Positions 54,005 to 64,000 of a stretch of 64,000 nt of DNA are shown piece by piece (positions within the stretch are counted from its first letter, which is position 1; every line of letters starts with the position of its first letter). Origin of the DNA: Vicugna vicugna. Lineage: Eukaryota. The stretch spans positions 3,348,001-3,412,000 of the forward strand of contig MU058213.1 of NCBI GenBank assembly GCA_013265495.1. The letters are read 5' to 3'. Under the pieces are notes generated by a model, which searched no databases, was not told where the DNA came from, and saw only the letters and a program-made list of their open reading frames with translations. The translations under genes were made by a program, and so were the position numbers.

Positions 54005-54761
54005 AAAGTAGGGACATTACTGACCTTATAGAAACTTTTTAGAAAGATTATAAGGGAATATTAGGAACAACTACATAGATAAACAGATAGATTACCTAGA
54101 TGAAATGGACAACTTCCAAAAACATACAAATTGTATAAATGATTCAAAAATAAACTAAAAAATCACAACAGATTTATACTACACAAAGAGACTGAATCAG
54201 TAATCAAAACCTATCAACAAGGAAAAGTCCAGGACACAATACAATGGCTTCATTGGTGAATTTTACCAAACATTTAAATGAACACCAATCCTTCCCAAAC
54301 TCTTCCAAAAAATAGAAGAGTAGGGAATACTTCCTAACTCATTCTATGAGGCCAACTCTATTACCAAAGCCAGACAGGCATCACAAGAAAAGAAAATTAC
54401 AGACTAGTATCTTTATGAATATAGATGCAGAATCTCAATGAACTACTGGCAAACTGAATTCAATATCATCTTAAAAAGACTGTTCTGACCAAGTAGGATG
54501 CACCCCAGGAATGCAAAAGTGGTCCAACAGAAGAAAATGAGCCAATGTAGTACACAACATTAACAGAACAAAGGGAAAAAACTATATGATCATGACAACT
54601 AATACAGAAAAGGCATGTGAAAAAATCCAACATCTTTTCGTGAATAAACATTAAGAAACTAGCAGTCGAAGGGAACTTCCTTAACATGATAAAGGGCATT
54701 TATGAAAAATTTACAGCTAACATCACATTCAATAGTGAAAGACAGAAAGCTTTTCATTCAT

Positions 54762-54838
54762 TATATGTGTGTATATATACATACTGTGTGTATATATGTA
54801 TATATATAAATATGTGTATATATATACACATATATATA
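54762..54838. repeat. Imperfect (TA/TG)n microsatellite
   Basis: Directly visible. Confidence 0.9.
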
Positions 54839-57800
54839 GTAGAAAAGCCTTCCATTTTCCAGTTTGTTTCTTTTTTTTACATTAAAGTCTGAATAGCAGG
54901 TAAAGTAAATACTGCATGTAAGGAAAACAGTCTCAAATGAGGTCAACATGACCAAGATTTGCAAGGGCAGAAAGAAACATTCACTGAGGTCCCATTTCCC
55001 AGTTGACTTATTATTTCTACAACTCTTACTAAAAAGCAATCAAAATCTAGGCCATTGGGAACCGAGGCTCTTTTAGAAAATACATTCAAGAAACTACACT
55101 AAAACTCTCTATCACCACCCAATTCAGACACAAAAGGTAAACATCTGATTTATTTGATAAGTGATAATTCTCCACTCAGTAAGCGTTATAAGACTTCTGA
55201 CAAGTTCTGCAAAATTGCTTGAACTAAACCTTGTTAGTGCTCTTTATGTATACCACACATAGGCATGTTCCCATCAGCTGCCGCAGTTCTTGCAGTAATA
55301 ACAGCCATATTTTTGCTTTAAGAACTGGAAGTATAGGTAATTCAACACAGAAATTCTAACCAGAACAATTAGATAAGAAAAAATATAAAAGGCATCCAAA
55401 GGAGAAAAAGAAGTAAAACTGTATTATTCACAGATGACATGATTTTATATACATACAGATACACACACATACATACATACAGAAGATTCCAACTAATCTT
55501 AAAGCTACTAAAGCTAATAAATGAATTCAGAAGCATTTCAGGGTACAAGATGGACACAAAGCCACTGTGTTTATATGTACCAGTAATTAACTATTCCATT
55601 TACAACAGCATCTAAAAGAATAAAATACCTAGGAATAAATTTCACCAAAAAGATGAAATATTGGTACACTGAAAACTGGAAAATACTGCTGAAAGAAAAT
55701 AAATATCTAAGGAAGTAGAAAGATACACTGTTCATGAATTAGAAGACTTAATATTGTTAAGATAGCAATACTAACCAAAGCAATCTACAGACTGCTACAT
55801 TCAATGCAATCCATAGCAAAACTCCAACATTCTTTATGTAGAAATGGAAAAGCCAATCCTAAAGTTCCTATCGAATTGCAAAGAGCCATGAATAGCCAAA
55901 ACAGTCTTAAGAAATAACAGAGTTGGATGACTGACATTTCGAATTTTAAAACTTACTACAAAGTTACAATATTCAAAATAGCATGGTACTGGCATGAAGG
56001 AAGACATATAGGTCAATGGAACAGAATTAAGAGTTTAGAAATAAACCCTATATGTCTATGACAAATTGATTTCAACAAGGATGCCAAGTCCATTCAACAA
56101 GGAACCAATAGTCTCTTCAACAAGTGGTTCTTGGACAACTGGATTTCCACATGCAAGAGTGTGAAGTTGGACTCCTATCACTGATTTGGTAATGGATTGT
56201 TAGATATAACACCAAAAGCATAAGCAACAAAAGAAAAAAACATTGAATTTCATCAGAATTTAAAATTTCTGTGCATCAAAAGATACTATCAAGAAAGTGA
56301 AATGACAAATATACAGAATTGGAGAATATATTTGTAAATCATGTAATTGATAACAGTTTAATGTCCAGAATATATAAAGAACTTTTACAACTCAACAACA
56401 AAAAGATCAAGAATCCCACTTTTTTTAATGGGCAAAGGACTTAAGCAGATATTTCTCCAAAGAAAATACACAAATGGCCAATGAGTACATGAAAAGATGG
56501 CACCATGAGTCATTAGGGAAATGCAAATCAAACCCACTACAAGAGAGCACTTCACATCTACTAGATTGGTACAATTTTTTTTAAAAAGGAAAATAACAAA
56601 TGTTGGTGGGGATGTGGAAAAACTGAATCCCTTCAGCATTTCTATTGGGAATGGAAAGTTATACAGTTACTGTGAAAAACAGTTGTTTCCTCAAAAGTTT
56701 AAATGTAGAATTACCAGACGACACAGCAATTCAGCTGATAGGTGTATGCCCCAAAGAACTGAAAAAAGAGACTCAAATACTTGTATGCCAATATTCATTG
56801 CAGAATTCTTCAGAATAGCCTAAAAGATGGAAACAATCCAAGTGTCCATCAACAGATGACTAGACAAATAAAATGCGGTATATCTTATTCAGCCATGAAA
56901 AGGAATGAAGCACTGATACATGCTACAACATGGGTGAACCTTGAAAATTACACTAAGTAAAAGAAGCCAGACACAAAAGTCCACATATTGTAGGATTCCC
57001 TTTTTATAATATGTCCAGAATAGGCAAATCTATGAGACATAAACTGGATTAGTGGTTCCAGGGAATAGAGGAGGGGAGAAATGGGAGGTGTGGGGTTTCT
57101 TTCTGGGGTGATGGATATATTCTAGAATTAGACAGCTGTGACAGATGCACTAAACCTACTGAATTATACACTCTGAAAGGATGAACTCTGTGGTATGTGA
57201 ATTCTATCCCAATAAAACTGTTGTTTAAAAAAAAATGTCCATGCTAGATATAGGCTACCACTACGCCCCTCTTCCTAGAAGATAATAATGACATATACTC
57301 AACCATTTATTTAAAATTCAAGCTTTTGGTTACAAAAGAGTCTCACTCCATTGGAGGTTTTTCAAAGACAGGTTGAAAATCGTTGCTTTAGCTCAAACTT
57401 TTCTTTGGACAGATGTCTCAACAAATGCTGAGCCTCTAAAAGGTCTAGAGCTCAACCTCCCTCCACTGAGATTATCCACAAGAAAAGAAACTCCATGAAG
57501 TGTTACAGGATGGATAAAAATAAAAACACATTAGCGATTTTATCTCAAAATCACTTATTCACTACATCAACAACAAAAAAACCTTATACAAGTACAGTAA
57601 AGGGTGAACTGAAAAATGTTAAAATATTTTTAATAAATATTAAGAAATTAAAGAAGTATTTTTAATATCTCAGGGTCAGTTCCATCACCATTCTCTTTTC
57701 TACGTTCTGGACTAGATGAGACGTATTTGAAAACAGAAAGACATGCTTCCACACAATACACAGGAGAAAATCTGTATTTAATTACTGCAAATTCATGACT

Positions 57801-58225
57801 AGAATCAGCAAACCTGAGCTCTGGTCCCAGATCCAGCAGCTGTGTGCTTAGGCAAGGCAGTTATCTCCTTCCAACTTCATATTTCTTACTGGCAAAATAG
57901 AAATTTCTAAGACCACAAATTGTTATCTTTACTTATGTTAGAGAAAGGTAGAATGATACTGCAAGTCAAGTTAGGAAGCAAGGACTCTCTACCGACTATA
58001 TGGTAAGTTTTACAGAATCTTAAGGTTCTCTCTCCTAATATGTTCATAGTCAGTATATCTTAACAAGTCTTTAAGAGTTTGGAGATCAGTGGAAAACAGT
58101 GATGTATTTTCTTTTGTCTCTTATTTCATTGTCTAAAATTGTCATCCCCTTCTGAAAGCTGTCTTAACAGGGAAAAACTTTCCGATTAATCACTTTCTTT
58201 CTGTTCTGACAAAGAATGGTAGAGT

Positions 58226-59438
58226 GGAAACCATAAAACTCGTAGAAGAGAACATACGTAGAATACTCTTTCACATAAATCATAGCAATATTTCTTTGGA
58301 TCTGTATCCTGAGCAAAGGAAATGAAAGCAAAAGTAAACAAGTAAGACCTAATCGATCTTAAAAGCTTTTGCACAACAAAGGAAACCACTGACAAAATGA
58401 AAAGACAACCTACTGAATGGGAAGAAACATTTGCAAATGATAAGACCGATAAGGGGTTAATAGCCAACATATATAAACAGCTTATACAACTCAACAACAA
58501 AAAACAAACAATCCAAGTAAAAATTGGGCAGCAGACCTGAATAGACATTTTTCCAAAGAAGATACACAGCTGGCCAATAGGCACATGAAATGATGCTCAA
58601 TACTGTCAATCATTACAGAAATGCAAATCAAAAACACAATGAGATATTGTATCACACTTGTCAGAATGGTTATCATCAAAAAGAACACAAATAACAAATG
58701 TTGGTGAGGACGTGTTGAAAAGGGAACCTCAATACACTGTTGGTGGGAATTTAAATTGGTACAGCCACTTTGGAAAATAGTATGGAAGTTTCTCAAAAAA
58801 CTAAAAACAGGATTATCAGCAATTCCATTCCTGGGTACATAACCAAAAAAAACAGAAACACTAATTTGAAAAGATACATGTACCCTAATGCTCATAGCAG
58901 CATTATTTACAATAGCCAAGATACAGAATTAGCCTAAGTGTCCAACAACAGATGAATGCATATATTAGATGTGGCGCACACACACACACGCACGCACGCA
59001 CACAATGGACTTCTACTCAGCCATAAAGTAGAATGAAATTTTGCCATTTGCAACAGCATGGATGAATTTTGAGGGTATTATGCTAAGTAAGTCAGACAGA
59101 GAAAGACAGATACTGTACGTTATCACTTATTTGCAGAATCTAAAAAAATACAACAAACTAGTGAATTTAACAAAAAGAAATACATCCACAGATACAGAGA
59201 ACAAACTAGTGGTTACCAGTGGGGAGAGGGAGGGCTAAGACAGGGGTAGGGGATTAATTAGTACAAACTATTAAGTTTTATGAAATAAATAAGCTTGAAG
59301 GATATGCAACATTTGGAATACAGTCAATATTTTATAACTATAAATGGAACATAACCTTTAAAATTCGTTACTCTCTCTGTTGTACACCTGTAACTTACAA
59401 TACATTGTACATCAACTATGCCTCAATTTTAAAAAAAG
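58226..59438 (+). mobile_element. 5'-truncated L1 (ORF2 C-terminus plus 3' UTR), less decayed than the L1M elements
   Basis: An ORF2 remnant (aaaatgaaaagacaacctactgaatggga, atgcaaatcaaaaacacaatgagat) and an A tail, flanked by the exact TSD gaatggtagagt at 58214-58225 and 59439-59450. Confidence 0.92.
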
Positions 59439-60289
59439 GAATGGTAGAGTTGATTCTAATCTGATGAGAAACTAGTCACACCTCTCTGTTAATCAATCGT
59501 GAATCCACTCACAATTTCTCATTGTACCATTTGCTAAGCAGTAAAATTCTCCCTTTATCAGAAGTTCCAAGCTGACATCTGGTGGACTGAAAACTAAACT
59601 TAAATATCACAAAGTTTCTTCCATCTGTGTATTTTCTTTCAAGCTTTACTTACCAGATTTCTAAAAATGCACTAAATCATCCAGGTAAAGCTACTTATGG
59701 GCTCTGAAGAAATCATATTCCATTACTGGGATAACTTTAATAATCTTTCTGGTGAAACTTTTGGTAAGTTATTATCTCATTGCTTTACTGAAGTCGGTCC
59801 CTCAATTAAAATTATGTTAAAAGTATTAAGTCAGAGCATGAAAATGTGGCTTTCTTAAACATATTAAAAATGAATTCTTTTTATTAAGAAAACAGTGAAC
59901 ACATTTAGTTGGTAAAAATTATTTAAGAAAATTTGTCATCTCCCTTTTTAAAAGAAATGCCAAAATGGCAATACCCACATCAAAGCATTTTTTTCTTATT
60001 ATGTGTCCAGTTTGAAGTCAATACTTTAACCAAAATTACTTTAAATCCAATCAGAGGGACTCAAGTTAATTTAGCTTGAAAGCTGGGGCAAAATTAAACC
60101 TTATCATTCTTAATAGGAATTGGTGGTGGCAGAAGGGAGTCAGTATAAACTATTTCCATTAAAATACTAGTAACACTAGCAAAACTCTCTTAAGATAAAA
60201 TTAGCACTATTTTTCTTAAACACCAAGTCTTACTGACTTGAATAAACATCAGAATACATTATTAATTACTAGCAGAACCAGACATATGG

Positions 60290-60424
60290 TTGGGTTTTTG
60301 TGAGGGGGGTGGGGGTAATTAAGTTTATTTACTTATTTATTAGTCAGTGGAGGTACTGGGGATTGAACCCAGGACCTCATGCATGCTAGGCATGCACTCT
60401 ACCACTGAGCTGTACCCTCCCCAC
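60290..60424 (-). mobile_element. tRNA-derived SINE, camelid vic-1 type (second copy)
   Basis: The reverse complement reads GGGGAGGGTACAGCTCAGTGGTAGAGTGCATGCCTAGCATGCATGAGGTCCTGGGTTCAATCCCCAGTACCTCC...TAATTACCCCC and aligns with the copy at 44003. Confidence 0.88.
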
Positions 60425-61863
60425 TCAGACATGTATTTGTAAAGCTATACCTCTCGTACACTAGGTCAACCTCCAAAGCAGCACAGCTATTCTGAACTGT
60501 CCAGTCCTAGACAAAGTAACTTATTTTTCTAGACTCTTATAAACAGTACTAGTTTGAATTATCAGTATTGGTTTAAGACCTTTCCCTCTCCAAAAGATCT
60601 TCCTAAGGTCCATGGCACGAGTATGAATTCTTTAAAGTACCATGTTAAATTTTATCGCCAAGCTATTTTAATTTTTGTCTCAGTGACTTAAATGGCTCTC
60701 TTGCAATGTGACTGGACTCAGCCTTACAAAAAAAATCATTTATTGGCCATTTACTTAGAATTACAGTAACAGAATTATGAAACTACGGGCACTGTGTTGC
60801 TCAACATCCATCTCTTCCCCCTTTTTTCTCCCCAGCTACCCATCTTTACAGATAAGACAGGGATCTGACAAGGACCAGATCTGTCTAAAGCCATATAAGT
60901 CACCAGTGAGAAGGCATCAATGCTCAGCTCTTCTGCCTTTTTGTAATTCTTCCTGCTCTCCCACTGTACCACCCAGCAACTCACATAAAAAATACAGCAT
61001 TATTAAGAGTGTTTACCAGATATTGGAAATTATCAACTTCATAATTTCTTTATGAAATGACTACAAGAATAAGGAAACAAGAGCTCAAGAACTTTAAAGT
61101 TCTGTGTGACACAAATACTATTTTCCTTAAATATAATGAAAATGTGCATTCTTCTCTTCTATTTTGAACTGATGATTTCTTCTACTTCATGTACCTCTTT
61201 GGCGTGAACATATGGTGTCAAAAGTGTTCAGCTAGCCTTGCTCAGCACTGAAGTCACTCACTGAACTATTTTGCTTTCTCCTTCATCTATCTCTTCTTGC
61301 CACTTGAGCCACCAGTGGCTACCAGCCTCTAGAGGTGATCAACTCCATGTAGCAACAACCATGACTTTTACTAGCATAAACAGCTTAACCAAAACTGAAG
61401 CACATGCAAAGAGTGACATCTTGGGAAAGATAAAAACTATGAAGTTGCTGCCCATTACTACTAAGAAGCGACAAGTATTTCGATTTCAATATTACTAAGT
61501 AAACAAATCCAATAATAACCACTCAGAAATTTGCCTGTGACTTTCTGAATACTAGTTAACATACTGTAGTGCCTAATTCTTTTCCCTTTAGTCACCCCTT
61601 GATGACCTCTCAAGGTGTTACCATCTTCCCATCACTATCTGCAGGAAGTTAAATTGCTTCTGCCCAAAATAAGTCTATGGTACCACTGAATTAGCTGAAA
61701 AGATTTCTGTTAACCATTCACCCAATGAACCACCTACCACACAGCACATGTTATCCTCTGGGCTGTTAATCTCATACACTTTTATTTCTCACCATGCAGA
61801 GCATCACAAAAGATGTTCTTTACCATGTACTACACATGGAGATTTCTCATAACTTTTCAACCT

Positions 61864-61917
61864 CCCATTACATCAAGAAAATAAAAGGTGCCCATTACAT
61901 CAAGAAAATAAAAGGTG
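61864..61917. repeat. Perfect 27-bp tandem duplication
   Basis: cccattacatcaagaaaataaaaggtg x2. Confidence 0.97.
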
Positions 61918-62281
61918 CTGCATAAACATGGTTAAATGAAATCTGCATTTGCTCTTTTACTAGATATCCCCCCCTAAAAGATCTAAAATACTGAAATCAA
62001 AATGAATGGATCTACAGAAGGGCAAACCCTTAATAGCAGTTTTCAATGGACTATGTGCATGAAAAGGGATGGAAAGGCTTAACTCCAAATTAGACAGATA
62101 TGACCCAAGCTCATTTCTTTACCAAGCTTTCTAGACAATACTTTAAAATAGTAAATAGTCTTCAATCAGCAAATTTAACACTGCTAACACCAAAAAAAAG
62201 TTGAATATAAAGTTAAGACATAGAAGGTTAAAATGGCCCTGTATCACTTAGAAAGAAGTTTTCCATTCCTTTCAGAAACAT

Positions 62282-62457
62282 TAGTGGTCCTCAACTGGGG
62301 GTGATTTTTGCTTCCCAAAACACATTTTTTTGGTTGCCACAACTAGGAAGGGGTGCTACTGGCATCTGGTGTGTAGAGGCCAGAGAGGTTTGCACAAGTC
62401 AGCCTCTGAAATGAAGACTTATCTAGCCCAAAATGTCAATTGCACCAAGAAACCCTG
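62282..62457 (+). mobile_element. MER20 hAT MITE (with internal deletions)
   Basis: agtggtcctcaactgggggtgatttt...gtgctactggcatctggtgtgtagaggccag...gcccaaaatgtcaat...agaaaccctg. Confidence 0.9.
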
Positions 62458-64000
62458 AGAAATGTAATCCACAGCTCAAAAAACTTTGTAAAATTTTATT
62501 TATTTATGTATTTGGTAAATGTTGGTGGAGTGGAAGATTCATTTTGAATAGTACTAAATCATATTTTCGGTAGCACTAAAAAGTCTACAAAACAATAAAA
62601 AAGCTACTTTGGAGGATTCTTCCAAAGGAATATGGTTTATTTAGAAAAAGTAGTCCATACAAAGCAGTATCATTAAAAAAAAAAAAAAACCCAAAAACTG
62701 TCACACTGTTCTAAACAGAGATTTACCATAGTTTCATAAAGCAAACATTTTTAAATTTTTTTCTTCCATCAGTCCTAAGAACTAAGACCAATGAGGACTG
62801 CATTCTTCAATAGCAATAGTTACTTGATTAATCTAGCCACTACAAATGCTAAAGCTATAATATAAATACACACACACACACACATGGAAAAAGCAAATCC
62901 TCCAGAAACTGAAAAAACAAACACTTTTAATTCATGCCTTCTGCTCAGTCTACAAGAATTTGGCTTTTAAAGCTCATCAAAAGCAGTTTCTGAGAAGCAG
63001 AGGTTAAAAAAAAGAAAAAACAAGGAATGTAAGAGTCAGGAAAGTATTTGTCAGATTAGTGTCAGAGACTTTTGTGAGGATGATGCCTTTATCCACCGCA
63101 ATACATATCCCTAAAGCTGTTCACTTGGCTTCAGAATTATAGCCATTGAAGGTAGTTTGGTACATTTTTACCTTTTTTGTACATCACCATTGTCAACTGT
63201 TGACTGAGCTTGCTCTGTGCAGATTACCATGTTAGGGTAACTACCAATACTGCTTCAATGATTACAACTGTGTCTTCTTCCTCTCTTATTTACCAAGACC
63301 TGTACCAAATAATGAGCTTTAAAAATGTTTTAATAAAGAGTCTGAACACTATAAACTTTCAGAAGTACTGAAATAGCCCTTATTGACAATGAAAACTTAA
63401 TTTGGGCTACACTTTTTAGAATTTCTTCTAAAACAAATCAATAACCAGTGCTGTTTTTAAAATTCAAGTATAATCCTCAGCAAAATGCCTGACTCAACAC
63501 TATTGATTATTTTTCATATTAATAGCAATTGCCAGTTAAAAAGTTGAAAGTAATCAACCCTAATTAAGCATCTCTGCCTGTTAGAGATAAAAATCACCAC
63601 TCAAAATTACAGCCAGGAACAGCAGGGCTTTCAAAAAGGTAACCTCTAATGCATTTATTTATTAATTGAAATACTCCTTCCACCTAACACCCTGCTTGAG
63701 AGATTTGTTTTCTGCTATTCTTTTAAATTGCTCTGGACCTCTCATCAATAGGCCCAGCTGTTAAATTCAGGAGCAGTGACAACAAATGCCTGGGCAAACA
63801 AGAGCTGAGAGTGAGGCCTTTCTTTAGAATAATCAGAGCTAGTTGACACAGAGGGCCATACCAAACGTCTTTTCAAAATTCCATTAAGAAGCTGGGCAGA
63901 AATAAAATAAACACATTTATATACATCTTAAGGCAAATTATAATTCTACCCCCCAGTGGACCTTGCTTCGTTAAAAATTTTTTAAAAATCTAACAACCTT

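Larger units (their letters stand above)
50660..57235 (+). mobile_element. Near full-length degenerate L1 (L1MB-like 3' end): 5' region, ORF1, inter-ORF, ORF2 (EN, RT) and 3' UTR, interrupted by two insertions
   Basis: ORF1 remnant TNICIVGVPEGEERENGAQRVFEEIMAGKFPNLMK (~51450-51560). The endonuclease remnant TIIVEDFNT is in ORF 52733..53041. The RT motif TTC ACA GAT GAC ATG (F-T-D-D-M) is at ~55427-55441. AATAAA and an A tail lie at ~57211-57235. Confidence 0.92.
1..64000 (-). other. PRTG: Protogenin gene body (partial: exons 3-11 plus flanking introns; 5' and 3' exons lie outside the window)
   Basis: Nine GT-AG exons splice into one 548-codon open frame with Ig and FNIII domains matching recalled protogenin sequence (e.g. 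[40 protein letters not shown]). No signal-peptide/Ig1 exon and no transmembrane exon were seen. Confidence 0.96.

Noticed and set aside
51211..59238. Numerous 60-145 aa ORFs, many hydrophobic and on the minus strand
   Set aside because: These are sense fragments or antisense translations of decayed L1 ORF1/ORF2. Stops and frameshifts exclude an active element.
63520..63900. Homeodomain-motif-rich segment as an enhancer
   Set aside because: TAAT cores alone are expected at this AT content, and there are too few additional specific motifs to call without conservation data.
1..64000. A novel microbial-type system (CRISPR array, operon, defence island)
   Set aside because: The sequence is a spliced mammalian gene with interspersed repeats. 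I saw no repeat-spacer arrays and no dense ORF packing.
16981..64000. PRTG exon 2, a nested gene or a processed pseudogene in the large intron
   Set aside because: No Ig1-like or other recognisable protein sequence in the ORF track or by eye. Small or non-coding exons cannot be excluded without RNA data.

Overview
Mammalian genomic DNA, most likely from a camelid: it carries two vic-1-type tRNA-derived SINEs, and I recognised no ruminant, pig, primate or rodent SINEs. The whole window lies inside the protogenin gene (PRTG, a DCC/neogenin-family Ig/FNIII receptor) on the minus strand. Nine consecutive coding exons (numbered 3-11 by recalled homology to human; 145, 134, 138, 159, 160, 248, 165, 306 and 189 nt, total 1644 nt) sit between 4804 and 16980. 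All have canonical GT-AG sites and splice into one open frame encoding Ig2-Ig4, FNIII-1, FNIII-2 and the start of FNIII-3. Bases 1-4803 are the downstream intron. Bases 16981-64000 are a >47 kb upstream intron filled with L1, L2, MIR, MaLR, Tigger, Charlie and MER elements. I found no evidence for a novel biological system. The best second-look items are a ~580 bp unexplained insert inside an old L1 ORF2, nested insertions with visible target-site duplications, a phase-symmetric exon block that would give a stop-free circRNA, and several candidate developmental enhancers. Repeat subfamily names come from recalled consensus sequences, not a database search, and repeat boundaries are approximate unless TSDs or TIRs are cited.
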